Source: an uncultured Solirubrobacterales bacterium
GTDB lineage: Bacteria > Actinomycetota > Thermoleophilia > Solirubrobacterales > Solirubrobacteraceae
Assembly: GCA_963814085.1 (NCBI GenBank)
Contig: CAWFBP010000002.1
Coordinates: 725,754-789,753 of the forward strand
Direction of reading: 5' to 3'
DNA: 64,000 nucleotides
This document shows, piece by piece, positions 28,976-38,707 of the stretch (within the stretch, counting starts at the first letter, position 1; every line of letters starts with the position of its first letter). The notes under the pieces are model-generated. The model did not search any database, was not told the DNA's origin, and saw nothing but the letters and a program-made list of their open reading frames with translations. Made by a program: the position numbers and the translations under genes.

Positions 28976-29797
28976 TCAGGCCACCCTGTGCCGCTCGTCG
29001 TCACGCCGGTACCCCAGCCGCGCGGAGACCCGGTCAGCCGTGGCGATCAGATGCGGGCCAAGCGCATCGACGAGGTCCGCCAGCGCAATCATCGAGGCAT
29101 GCGCGTCAATGCCAACAGCCGCGACAACCTCGTGGGACTCCGCACGGATCGGCGCGGCGATCGAGTACATGCCCGGCAAGAGCTCTTCATCGGCGGCAGC
29201 GAGGCTTTGCCCACAGAGGCCCTGCAGCTCGGCTCGCAGCGCTCTCTTGCCAGTGATCGTCTGCGGCATGTGCCTCGTGAGAGTCAATTCAGAGATCACG
29301 CTTCGCTGCTCGCTGTCGGGCAGATTCGCGAGCAGCAGCTTGCCGAGCGCTGTGCAATGAACAGGCAGCCACGCATAAGAGATCTGATCGAGATCAATCA
29401 GACGCTGCCCACGACGACTCCCACGCAAACTATCCACGACCCGCACCCTGGGTCCATCGAGCACCGCCAACACCACCGTGAGCCTGCTACGCCGGCGCAG
29501 ATCCGCCATGAACGGTTGGGCATGATCTTCAAGCCTCATTCTGCTCGTCGCCGACAGCCCGAGATCGACCACATTTATCCCCAGGCTGTACTTCCGTCTC
29601 ACGTCCTGCTTCAAATGCCCCAACGCGACCAACGTAATCACGTAGCGGTGAGTCGTTGGGCGACTCATCCCCAGTTGGTCAGCGAGCTCGGCGATCCCCC
29701 ACACCGGCTGCTCCGGGGTGAAGCATTCGAGGATCGCCAAGCCGCGCTCCAGCGACTGCGAATAGCGTGGCGCGGCCAACTCCGGCAGTCTCGGCAT
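28976..29797 (-). CDS. IclR-family transcriptional regulator
   Basis: SQSLERGLAILECF, RPTTHRY, LPVHCTALGKLLLA, SIAAPI. Confidence 0.92.
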   Translation of the reverse strand: MPRLPELAAPRYSQSLERGLAILECFTPEQPVWGIAELADQLGMSRPTTHRYVITLVALGHLKQDVRRKYSLGINVVDLGLSATSRMRLEDHAQPFMADLRRRSRLTVVLAVLDGPRVRVVDSLRGSRRGQRLIDLDQISYAWLPVHCTALGKLLLANLPDSEQRSVISELTLTRHMPQTITGKRALRAELQGLCGQSLAAADEELLPGMYSIAAPIRAESHEVVAAVGIDAHASMIALADLVDALGPHLIATADRVSARLGYRRDDERHRVA

Positions 29798-29807
29798 CGA
29801 CCCCCGC

Positions 29808-30182
29808 CTACCCCACCAGCCGGTACAGACCGGCCTCCGGATCCTGCTCCACCAACCCAGCCATCAGCAGCGTCCGCACATACCTGCCAGCTGCGCCCTC
29901 CGAAAGATTGAGGTTCGCCGCAAGATCTATCAGGCGCGCTGGCTGACCATCCGCGAGGTGAGCCAACAGCAGCAGGCCCCTCACCAACGCAAACGAGACC
30001 CGCGGCTCGGCCGTCTCCCCCTGAGCGCGCTCTTCCCACACCTCAACCGAAGGGATCCCCACACGAGCGATCCGCCCAGACAGCAATGCCGCCAGGCTGG
30101 CCATTGTGTCGCCTTGCGCCGGGTCCACGATCGACTGCACCTGCTCGGCAGTCAGCCGCAAATACACAGACCGCTCACTCAT
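29808..30182 (-). CDS. Small IclR-type HTH-only protein
   Basis: ALVRGLLLLAHL...GRYVRTLLMAGLVEQDP...YRL; no effector domain. Confidence 0.7.
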   Translation of the reverse strand: MSERSVYLRLTAEQVQSIVDPAQGDTMASLAALLSGRIARVGIPSVEVWEERAQGETAEPRVSFALVRGLLLLAHLADGQPARLIDLAANLNLSEGAAGRYVRTLLMAGLVEQDPEAGLYRLVG

Positions 30183-30551
30183 TACGCCACGGGCCCGTAG
30201 ATACCGCGGGCAACGCGCGTCGTAGTGCCAATCCCGCTGCGGATCGCGTCGGGTGCCCGCTGACTCCTCCTTCAGCGGGCACCCACGCTCCCCTTTCCTC
30301 GCGCGCCAGGGCGGCACGGTTGGTCACTGTCCAGCCCCCCGAGGCCGTTTCTCTATGGTGGGCCGGGCCGAAGGAAGGAAATGACGGCCCGGCCCACATG
30401 CCCTTGGAATATGGACCAGGACGCTTACCATGCCGACCGGCCAGCGGACATGGGTGGATTCGCATGACTGTGGTCGGCTCGGCTTACGATCCTGTATTCC
30501 ATGCGTTGGGATACTGACCGATCTCGGCCCAGACAAAAAGTCCCTGAGGGG

Positions 30552-30573
30552 AATACTCCTATATAGGAATATT
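30552..30573. promoter_or_regulatory. 22-bp AT-rich near-palindrome, candidate operator
   Basis: AATACTCCTATATAGGAATATT, upstream of the IclR trio. Confidence 0.45.
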
Positions 30574-30606
30574 GCTCGAAGGGTGGGTATGCCAGCCCAA
30601 GCGTCC

Positions 30607-31713
30607 TCAGATTGCGTACGCGCTGGGATGGCTTGCGGCCCTCCGGAGACGGAGAATGAGCATCGTTGGCCCCCGAAGGCCGCCGGTGGCTTCGAGAACA
30701 GCAGCCGTGGCCAGCCGGGCGTGAGGGAGCTGCGCCTCGTGGGCGGAAAGGTAGTGGCTTGCCATGCCGGCCAAGATCACGGTGTGCTGGAGTCCGCGTG
30801 GCAGTGCTCGCGCCTGGCGCACGGACTCGACGGCAAGCGCCCGCAAACGCGTCGCGGCCTCTTCGGGAGAGTGGTAGTGCCGGGTGAGGTTGTGCTGCTC
30901 GGTCGCGGTGTCTTCGGGCAGGTCGATGAGGCTGTCGAGCAGGGAGTGCAGAGCGCCGATCCACGGGAAGTAGGCACGCTCAATGGCGACCGCCTCACCC
31001 GCGTCAACGACTGGCCGTGCTGCCGTGGCTATGAGCGCGAAGATGCCCAGCGAGGAACCGGCCGAGGCGGCGGTCTCCCACCATTGCATCCCGAGCTCTG
31101 GTGGGGTCTGTTGGCGTGCCCATTCGGCAAGCGTGTAATGGCTGCCCTGTGCCTTGGTGAGGTTGAGGCTCTGGTAGGTGACGATCCGCTCGGCAAGCCG
31201 ACGGTTCGATCCTGCGACGGCGGAGTAGCAGGGGAGCGTGCCGAGCGCCGCTCCACAGGCGTCGGTGATCGCCCGAAGGTAGCTGCCGTCGTCCTGGTGG
31301 GGGTGGTGCTTGTAGTAGTCGGTCTCCGATGTTTCTGGGTCGAGCGCGGCCAGCAGCGTTTGGTGGAGTTGGCGCGCGTTACGGATGGGGCGTGTGTGTG
31401 GCTGCTCGGCGAGCGTGTCGACGTAGTCGTAGATAGCCTGGAAGGCCAGCTGTGCGCGGATGACCGCCGGACGGTGAGCGCGCGGCGCGAACGCGGCGAA
31501 GGCGGCAGAGCCCTCGATGTTGCCGCGCTTTGTGTGCTGGACGGTGAGCGCCACCCGGCGAAGCGTGCCATCGGGGATCGCGCCGGCCCGGCGTTGCCAG
31601 TGGCGTAGCTCCCGGCGGACTTGGGGGAACACACTGAGCCAGTAGTCCCACGCCGCGGCCGTGAACGTGACTCCGAGAGCTACTCGGCTCCTTGCTACTC
31701 CACCCATACGCAT
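30607..31713 (-). CDS. ytpB: YtpB/DUF2600-family (tetraprenyl-beta-curcumene synthase-like) terpene cyclase
   Basis: VFPQVRRELRHW, FQAIYDYVDTL, YQSLN, WWETAASAGSSLG, YFPWIGALHSLLDSLIDLPED match the YtpB family pattern. Confidence 0.85.
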   Translation of the reverse strand: MRMGGVARSRVALGVTFTAAAWDYWLSVFPQVRRELRHWQRRAGAIPDGTLRRVALTVQHTKRGNIEGSAAFAAFAPRAHRPAVIRAQLAFQAIYDYVDTLAEQPHTRPIRNARQLHQTLLAALDPETSETDYYKHHPHQDDGSYLRAITDACGAALGTLPCYSAVAGSNRRLAERIVTYQSLNLTKAQGSHYTLAEWARQQTPPELGMQWWETAASAGSSLGIFALIATAARPVVDAGEAVAIERAYFPWIGALHSLLDSLIDLPEDTATEQHNLTRHYHSPEEAATRLRALAVESVRQARALPRGLQHTVILAGMASHYLSAHEAQLPHARLATAAVLEATGGLRGPTMLILRLRRAASHPSAYAI

Positions 31714-31743
31714 AGCTTCGCGCCTGGGTGGTTGTCGTCATCC

Positions 31744-34332
31744 TCACTCCTGAAGCCCGACCGTTGGCGATACCCGCGCGGCCGACAAGCCGGGTAGTGC
31801 GATCACGAGCAGCGTAATGCCGGTCACCACCCCCAGGGCCAACAGCACCTGTGGGATCCCAAGCGAGAAGGGCGCCGGGAACCCGGTCGAGAGCTTCAAC
31901 CAGCGGCTGGCGAGCGCGTGGCCGTAGAGGCCGAGGAGCGCTCCGTCGGCGCATCCGATCGCCACCGAGATCGCGCTCTCCAGCTGAAGTGCGCGCCAGA
32001 GCTGTTTGCTGTCGAAGCCGGTGATCTTCTGTGCTGCCAACCGGGCGCGGCGCTGCCAGATCGTGGCGCCGAGGACGGCGGCGACCGCAAGCGCGGCCGT
32101 AACCAGCAGCAGGGTGGATATCTCACCCAGGGGGCGTAGTCCTTCGTGGGCGCTGGCCTCGAAGCGGTCCTCTCGTTCTCGCGATGTCTCTACGTGCAGT
32201 CCGGGTCTGGACCCGAGGGCCTGTTCAACAGAGCGCTTGCCCTGTGCTGGCGTTACGCCGGGCATGAGGTTCACCTCCAGCGCCGTGGGGTTGCTGGCCT
32301 GCCAGTAGCGGCGGTAGTCGCTTGTGTTGATCGTGATGGCACCAGGCGACCATCCGACGTTCGTCGTGATCGCCGCCACCCGAAAGCGTGCGGTGCCGGA
32401 GGGCGTCGGTAGCGCGAAGGAGTCTCCGACGTGGACGTGGTGTTCTTCGGCGATGCCGCTCGAGATTGCCGCCCACCCGCCACGGCGGATCAGCGCCGTG
32501 GCGCGCTCAAGGTTGCCGTGCAGCAACTGGCTGGCCTGGATCATTTGTGGGTCGTTGGGTGAGCGGGCGCGAATCCACACGCGGCGCGCTCCAATGTCCA
32601 GTACCCCGCCTTGATAGGTGCGGACCGACGCAACGCCCGGCGCGTGAGCGATGCGTGTGCTCGCGCCACCATCCCTGAAGCTTTCGATCGTGAGGAAGTT
32701 ATCGCCGGTCGAGACCCAAATCTGCGCGGTATTGAGGTATTCGACCACCGCGTTGTTGAGGCCGGTGGTGAGGTCATGGCGGGCGCCCTGGATGGCAACA
32801 CTGCCATACACCGCCAGGGCAGTCACGCCGATCAGCGCGACCTGGCGGGCGGCCATCGAGTTCAGTTCGATGACGGCGACCGGGAGCATGCTGCCGCGCG
32901 TGCGCCGCCCGAGCCGCTTGAGGTAGCGCGTGACCCCGACGAAGACCGCCGGAATCAACAGCACCGCCGCCAGCGCCAGCATGATTCCGCCGACGACCGT
33001 CAGGCCCGGGACCGCGAAGACGAGCACCGTCACGCCAATCACGATGGAGACTCCCAGCAAGCCAAGCCGTCGCACCGAGCGCGTGCCGATGCGCTGACCG
33101 GCGTCACTCGATGCGTGCAGCGCGGCGTCGATCGGCCGCCCCGACCACAGATCAAGGAGCGGCGGCAGGGAGGCGATCAGCGCAGCGAGGACTCCGCCGC
33201 CAAACGCCACCAGCGCCGTCAAGGGCTGGATCGTCTCGTGGACGCTGATCGGGAACGCGACCGCCAAATACACCGGGGTCTGATGGAACAGCGAGTGCGC
33301 CAGAACGTCTCCCAGGACGAGACCGGCAAGCGAGGCGAGCACCCCGAGCACAACCGCCTGGAAGCCGAGAATCACGACGATCTGTTTGGAGTCGAACCCC
33401 TGCGTATACATCTCGGCGAGGAACCGTCGTCGCTCCGGGACCGTCAGCAGCATCGCATTCAGCGCCAGCAGCAGGCCCACCATGACGCTGATCGCGGCAA
33501 ACAGCGCCGTGGACTGACTCAGCGGCTTAGCTGTCTGTTCGAGGACCCGCAGTTCGTTATCCGCCGGCTCAACATTCACGGTGGCTCCCGCCAGCCGGCG
33601 CAGCTCACCAGCGACTTGGCGTTCACGGCCGGGGACTGGCTCGATCAGGACCTGTGTGACGCGCCCCGGCTCCTCGGCAAGCCGCTGAACGACCGGCAGC
33701 AGCGAGACCACCACCGGACTTTCGGCGACCGGGCCGATCGCGCCAGCGTTGAGCACCGCTCGCACCGACTCGGGGTGAGCGTCCCCTTTGGAGAGCAGCG
33801 TCACCCGTTCGCCCTGCTGCACGCCGATCGAGCCGGCGACATCAGAGGGAAGGCCGATCCCGCCCGAGAGCAGGAGGGCGCCTTCGCCGAGGTCTCTTGT
33901 CGCCAGTCCGCGAAGCCCAACGATGCCCCCGGTCACACCGACGAACTGAATCGAGCGGCGACCGGACGGGCCGACGATCACAGCTGGCTCGCGCAACAGA
34001 TATGCCGCATCCTGTACGCCGGGCAATGCTCCGGCTTCGCGGGCAATCCGTTCGCTGAAGCCTTCCTGCGAGCGTGCCTCAAGCTGCAGCCGGGCTCTCC
34101 CATTGACCGCGCGTATCAGGCTGGCTGTGGAGCCGGTGAGGCTCATGTTGGCGACCAGCACCCCGAAAACGAGCGCTACACCGATAGCGATGCCGGCGCC
34201 GGCCAGCAACTCGGCCACCACCTGCCGCCGCAGACGCGCCTGGTAAAGGTTCCGCAGCACACTCATGCGGACCCCCATGATCCGGGGGTTCAACGGGTGG
34301 CGCGGCAGCTTGCGGGAGCGGATCTCGCTCAT
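31744..34332 (-). CDS. FtsX/MacB-type ABC exporter permease (two FtsX units)
   Basis: GIAIGVALVFG, ERRRFLA...GF, QRRARLA...GF; multiple TM segments. Confidence 0.9.
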   Translation of the reverse strand: MSEIRSRKLPRHPLNPRIMGVRMSVLRNLYQARLRRQVVAELLAGAGIAIGVALVFGVLVANMSLTGSTASLIRAVNGRARLQLEARSQEGFSERIAREAGALPGVQDAAYLLREPAVIVGPSGRRSIQFVGVTGGIVGLRGLATRDLGEGALLLSGGIGLPSDVAGSIGVQQGERVTLLSKGDAHPESVRAVLNAGAIGPVAESPVVVSLLPVVQRLAEEPGRVTQVLIEPVPGRERQVAGELRRLAGATVNVEPADNELRVLEQTAKPLSQSTALFAAISVMVGLLLALNAMLLTVPERRRFLAEMYTQGFDSKQIVVILGFQAVVLGVLASLAGLVLGDVLAHSLFHQTPVYLAVAFPISVHETIQPLTALVAFGGGVLAALIASLPPLLDLWSGRPIDAALHASSDAGQRIGTRSVRRLGLLGVSIVIGVTVLVFAVPGLTVVGGIMLALAAVLLIPAVFVGVTRYLKRLGRRTRGSMLPVAVIELNSMAARQVALIGVTALAVYGSVAIQGARHDLTTGLNNAVVEYLNTAQIWVSTGDNFLTIESFRDGGASTRIAHAPGVASVRTYQGGVLDIGARRVWIRARSPNDPQMIQASQLLHGNLERATALIRRGGWAAISSGIAEEHHVHVGDSFALPTPSGTARFRVAAITTNVGWSPGAITINTSDYRRYWQASNPTALEVNLMPGVTPAQGKRSVEQALGSRPGLHVETSREREDRFEASAHEGLRPLGEISTLLLVTAALAVAAVLGATIWQRRARLAAQKITGFDSKQLWRALQLESAISVAIGCADGALLGLYGHALASRWLKLSTGFPAPFSLGIPQVLLALGVVTGITLLVIALPGLSAARVSPTVGLQE

Positions 34333-35039
34333 GCCCCGATGACCGCGGCCAGCTCGACGTCCAACCCGTCGCTCAGTTGGCCATCGCGGAGGGTATGCAC
34401 ACGATCGACAAATGCCGTGGCCTGTGGATCGTGCGTGACAAGCAGCGCCGGTATCTGGCGCTCGTGAGAAATATCGCGCAGCAGACCGAGAATCTCGCGG
34501 CTGCGCTTGGAATCGAGGTTGCCGGTCGGCTCGTCGGTCAACAGTAGTCGCGGCTCGTTGACGAGCGCACGCGCAATCGCGACCCGCTGACGCTCCCCCA
34601 TCGAAAGCTGATCTGCGGTGTGCGCCGCACGCTCCCCCAGGCCAACTCGTTCAAGCCAGGGGCGCGCAGCCTCGCACGCCTCCTCCAGCGTAAAGCCGTC
34701 GGAGAGGAGCTTCAGCGCAGCATTCTCCAGAGCACTCGCGCCAGGCATCAGATGGAAGGACTGGAACACGAAGCCGACCTCCCGCCGCCGGTAGAGCACA
34801 CCCTCCTGCGGCGTACGTTCCACGACATCCTGCCCGTCAAACAGGATGCCGCCGCCGTCGGGAGCCATCAGGCCGGCGGCCATCAACAACAGCGTAGTCT
34901 TGCCCGAGCCACTCGGCCCATATAGCGCCACGAACTCCCCCGGGGAGATCGTCAGCGACACACCATCCACAGCCCGCACGATCTCGCCATCCCCGCACGC
35001 GTAGTGCTTGACCACCCCGACCAACTCTAGGGCGCTCAT
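34329..35039 (-). CDS. LolD/MacB-type ABC ATP-binding protein
   Basis: GPSGSGKT, LSMGERQRVAIARAL, DEPTGNLD, VTHD. Confidence 0.95.
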   Translation of the reverse strand: MSALELVGVVKHYACGDGEIVRAVDGVSLTISPGEFVALYGPSGSGKTTLLLMAAGLMAPDGGGILFDGQDVVERTPQEGVLYRRREVGFVFQSFHLMPGASALENAALKLLSDGFTLEEACEAARPWLERVGLGERAAHTADQLSMGERQRVAIARALVNEPRLLLTDEPTGNLDSKRSREILGLLRDISHERQIPALLVTHDPQATAFVDRVHTLRDGQLSDGLDVELAAVIGA

Positions 35040-35782
35040 GAGGCCTGCGAGCTGCTACCCCGGCTACGCCGCTGCCGGAACTCCACGACCCGTTTGCGGG
35101 AATCCGTCGTGCGGACCCGGCCATCGCTGATCGTCATCGCCCGGTGCACCCCGATGAGCGGCGTCGTGTCTTCGGAAGCGATCACGAGCGCCATCCGCGA
35201 CTCCTTCGCCAGAGAGCGCAACAGCGCATACAACTCGCGGGCGGCGCTGGGATCGATCAGCACCGCTGGCTCGTCCACCAGCAGCAGACGCGGCTCGCGG
35301 ACCATCGCCTGCGCAAGCTCGACACGGACGCGTTCATTCACTGACAGCCGGTCGGTAGTCAGATGCTCCCAGGCCAACGCACCAACCCGGGCCAAAGCCG
35401 GGTGGGCTATCACTTCGGCCTCAGCGAGCGTGATCCCACCGGCCGTCAGCGGGAGCGCCACGTATTCAAGCACCTGCTGATCACTAAGCATCGGACGCCA
35501 GTCGCCACGAACCAACGCGATTCCTCGATGGCGCCACATCCGAGCCCGCGCGTCCACCGAGAGTTTCCCTACGTCTTTGCCCTCGAAGCTGACGCTTCCC
35601 TCGTCGGGGGATTCGATACCCGCCATGACCTTCAGCAGTGTGCTCTTGCCGGCCCGTCGCTCGCCGTAGATGCCGACGACATCGCCTTGCTCGACCTCTA
35701 TCGACACCCCATCGAGAACAACGGTCTCCTTCGCCCCGTCATGGAGGCGCTTGATGACGTCCGTGAGCGCCAGCAGCGTCAC
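35036..35782 (-). CDS. Degenerate ABC ATP-binding protein
   Basis: GERRAGKST; signature LSVNE; DEPAVLID; switch His absent (IASED); GTG start overlapping the padR stop assumed. Confidence 0.8.
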   Translation of the reverse strand: MTLLALTDVIKRLHDGAKETVVLDGVSIEVEQGDVVGIYGERRAGKSTLLKVMAGIESPDEGSVSFEGKDVGKLSVDARARMWRHRGIALVRGDWRPMLSDQQVLEYVALPLTAGGITLAEAEVIAHPALARVGALAWEHLTTDRLSVNERVRVELAQAMVREPRLLLVDEPAVLIDPSAARELYALLRSLAKESRMALVIASEDTTPLIGVHRAMTISDGRVRTTDSRKRVVEFRQRRSRGSSSQAS

Positions 35783-36360
35783 TGGGCGAGGTACTCCTTG
35801 ATTTCCCAACGGGCGCGATTGATCCAGCGCAACTCAGCTCGCAGCTCCTCAGCCGTGGCGACCCGCAGCAGGTTGATCGCCCGGTCGTGCCACGAGGCTG
35901 GCTCCTCCATCTCAACCGAATCCTCCAGCATCTCCATGCAGTCCATCTCGTACTCCTCGAGCTTGCGCAGCACATCCGGTGCGTCCCGTGGGCGCGCAAA
36001 GGCGACCCACGTCCGCATATCCGCCCGCATGAGCGGCAACGGCTGACGCGCCCCCAACCACTCGACGCGAACGAGCTCGGCTTGCGCGGTCGGGCGATAC
36101 ACGCGCCTCAAATGGCCACGCTTGCCCGGCCCCCGCTTATATTCCGACCACGCCCAGCCATCCTCCTCAAACTCGTCCAGCACCTGGTAGACACGTTTAG
36201 GGTCGATATCCCAGGCTGCACCCATCCGAGTACGGAAGCGATCGGTGATCTCCCAACCGTAACCCTCCTCGCCATGCAGCAGCGCAGCCAGCACCGCCGT
36301 GCGCAAGGCCGTCCGTTCACGTTTCTTAGGCTGAGTCGCCTGGTCTCGTTGCGTCATCAT
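35779..36360 (-). CDS. PadR-family regulator with C-terminal helical domain
   Basis: LAALLHGEEGYGWEI...RVYQVLDEFEEDGW...RRVYRPT; AELRWI. Confidence 0.85.
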   Translation of the reverse strand: MMTQRDQATQPKKRERTALRTAVLAALLHGEEGYGWEITDRFRTRMGAAWDIDPKRVYQVLDEFEEDGWAWSEYKRGPGKRGHLRRVYRPTAQAELVRVEWLGARQPLPLMRADMRTWVAFARPRDAPDVLRKLEEYEMDCMEMLEDSVEMEEPASWHDRAINLLRVATAEELRAELRWINRARWEIKEYLAQ

Positions 36361-36561
36361 AAGTCAGCCTGCCTGAACCGATCAGACCCGGCGAAGCCTA
36401 TAACATCCCCGCCGGACCGGTCGAGATTTGTTTCTTAGTACGGACCCATCCATTTAGCTACTTCCCGCGGAAAAAGTAGGGTGTTTGGGGGGCTGGTTCC
36501 GTCCGGTCTGATCGCCAGAATGTCCTGTAAATGAGCGGGTTTCTGGTCGAAAGGGGTCGGT

Positions 36562-37956
36562 ATGTTGAGGTTGTCTGCGGGGCAGGCGGAGTGTTTGTGG
36601 GACGAGGCGTTGCCGGTCGAGGTCAGGGAGTTGCCGCGGGATCTGGCGGCGCTGGATCTGCTGCTCTCAGACCCTGGGTTGCTTGGCCCGATCGCGGAGC
36701 GTTTCCGGCTGGAGGTGTCGGAATCGTCTCGGGCGGTGTTGACGGATGGTCGCCCGACGATCGCGATGGAGACGTTCATTCGCTTGATGGTGCTCAAGAC
36801 GCGCTACCGGTGGGGGTATCGGACGCTTGTGGCGGAGGTCTCGGACTCGATTCATTTGCGGCGGTTCTGCCGGATTTCGTTGAGCGAGCGGGTGCCGGAC
36901 GAGTCGACGGTCCGCAAGCTGACCAGGCGACTGGGCTCAGAGACGGTGTCGGAGTTGACGCGCACGTTGATCGCGAGCGCGACGCGGGAGAAGCGCTTTC
37001 GTGCTCGTGCGGTGAGGGTCGACTCGACCGTGATCGAGGCGGACGTGAAGTATCCAACCGATGCGGGGTTGGCCGCGCATGGGGCCAGGGCGCTGGCGCG
37101 GGAGGGTCGCAAGCTGGCGCAGCGGATCGGCGAGAACAAGCGGCGGGTGCGGGATCGCTCGCGAGCGATGGGCCGCCGGCTGCGGGGGATCACGCGCACG
37201 ATCCGTCGGCGCTCAGGGGAGGCGAAGGCCGAGGTGCTCAAGCTCACAGCACAGACCGGCGAGCTGTTGCGGCGCTCGGTGCGCGAGGCCAGACGGCTGG
37301 CGAAGCTCGCGCGCTCCAAGGCGCGTGGCCGGGGCGCGAAGGGCAAGCTGAAAGCGGCGGCCAAACTCGAGCAGCTCGCGGATCGTTGCGAGAAGGTCGC
37401 CTCGCAGATCACGAAGCGGGTGAAGGGCGAACCAATCCGCGAGCGGATCGTGTCGCTGTCAGACCCGGATGCCCGCCCGATCATCAAGGGCAAGCTGGGC
37501 AAGCCAACCGAGTTCGGCTATGTGACCCAGCTCGCGGAGGTGACCGAGAACACCAAACGCGGCGCACGCGGGCTGATCCTGCCGGCATCGACCGCGCCAG
37601 GCAACCCGACCGAGAACACGCTACTCCCGGACACAGTCGCCGAGCTCAAACGGCTTCAGATCTCCCCGCGCGAACTCGCACTCGACGGCGGGTTCATGCC
37701 CGGCCCGACGAACGAGGCGCTCGAAGATCTCACACCAGAGCGAGTCTTCATCTCCGGTCGCCAAGAACACGGCTCCAAACGCACCAACCGCCGGCTACAG
37801 CGCTACCGCACCGGGAAAGAGGGCCGGATCAGCCACCTCAAGCGCCGCTACGGGATGGGCCGTAGCCGCCTGAAGGGCGAAGAAGGCCAGCAGATCTGGA
37901 CCGAGTGGGGAATCCTCGCCTATAACGCCGACACACTCGCCGTCCGAGCCCGGTGA
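36562..37956 (+). CDS. IS5-like transposase
   Basis: GRPTI, VPDESTVRK, VDSTV...YPTD, KGKLGKPTEFGY, LDGGF, RTGKEGRISHLKR. Confidence 0.93.
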   Translation: MLRLSAGQAECLWDEALPVEVRELPRDLAALDLLLSDPGLLGPIAERFRLEVSESSRAVLTDGRPTIAMETFIRLMVLKTRYRWGYRTLVAEVSDSIHLRRFCRISLSERVPDESTVRKLTRRLGSETVSELTRTLIASATREKRFRARAVRVDSTVIEADVKYPTDAGLAAHGARALAREGRKLAQRIGENKRRVRDRSRAMGRRLRGITRTIRRRSGEAKAEVLKLTAQTGELLRRSVREARRLAKLARSKARGRGAKGKLKAAAKLEQLADRCEKVASQITKRVKGEPIRERIVSLSDPDARPIIKGKLGKPTEFGYVTQLAEVTENTKRGARGLILPASTAPGNPTENTLLPDTVAELKRLQISPRELALDGGFMPGPTNEALEDLTPERVFISGRQEHGSKRTNRRLQRYRTGKEGRISHLKRRYGMGRSRLKGEEGQQIWTEWGILAYNADTLAVRAR

Positions 37957-37994
37957 AACACTCCACACGCTCCTGACCAGAGCACCACTCATTC

Positions 37995-38031
37995 ACGAAC
38001 GGCCGCGCCCTCAACAAGCGCGGCCGTTCGT
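37995..38031 (+). terminator. 14-bp stem-loop downstream of the transposase
   Basis: ACGAACGGCCGCGC...GCGCGGCCGTTCGT. Confidence 0.5.
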
Positions 38032-38182
38032 CATCTCAGAGACTTTTTCCGCGGGAAGTAGCTAGACCACGAGCGGGAAGGCGATCCGAGCTCTGGCCAG
38101 AGCCGTCTCTGGCGCACATGGGCAAACAGAGACGCGCCTGCCGAGCGGAACCCCAATCCTGTAGGGTTGTTCCACAGGTTAG

Positions 38183-38707
38183 ATGACTACCAGCGAGAGC
38201 AACAGTCTAGGGGGGCCGGTGACGAGCGAGCAGTTGTTCCCGCCAAGATGGATCGTGACCATAGCGACCGGGCTTATGCTCGTGGCAGCCACGCTCCATG
38301 TGGCCCATGCCTCCGGCACGAGCAGCCCACCCTTCGCCAACGCGGCGCACGTCATAGACGCCAAAGACGAAGCCCATCTGCACCTCACCAGCACCAACGG
38401 CTCCCTCCTGATCGAGGAAGGACCAGTCACCGGAGTGATCCCCGGCACAGTCAAGGCCAACTTCACGGTCGCAGCCAACGTGACCTCGACCTTCACGATC
38501 TACGCTAGGAGCGGCGGATCGATCACCGGTCGGGGGAGCGGAGCCCTGCACTCCACCGGGACCACCTCCAGCTTCGGCGGCTCACTAAAGGTCACGGGCG
38601 GCAGCGGACGCTACAAGCACGCCCACGGCACCGGGGGGTTCTCCGGCCAGATCAACCGAAAGACCTTCGCCGTGACCATCCAAACCTCCGGCCGGCTCTC
38701 ATACTAG
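38183..38707 (+). CDS. Secreted small beta-barrel protein (allene-oxide-cyclase/dirigent-like motif)
   Basis: Signal peptide ending AHA; VTGGSGRYKHAHGTG motif. Confidence 0.65.
   Translation: MTTSESNSLGGPVTSEQLFPPRWIVTIATGLMLVAATLHVAHASGTSSPPFANAAHVIDAKDEAHLHLTSTNGSLLIEEGPVTGVIPGTVKANFTVAANVTSTFTIYARSGGSITGRGSGALHSTGTTSSFGGSLKVTGGSGRYKHAHGTGGFSGQINRKTFAVTIQTSGRLSY

Larger units (their letters stand above)
36458..38061 (+). mobile_element. IS5-like (ISNCY/IS5) insertion sequence in the padR divergent promoter region
   Basis: Perfect 20-bp terminal IR CTACTTCCCGCGGAAAAAGT; flanks TTAG and CTAG. Confidence 0.9.

Noticed and set aside
32611-34467. Long antisense ORFs (also 41684-43168, 44601-46196, 30430-31608, 12698-13888)
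   Set aside because: Shadow frames opposite well-supported genes, expected in high-GC DNA.
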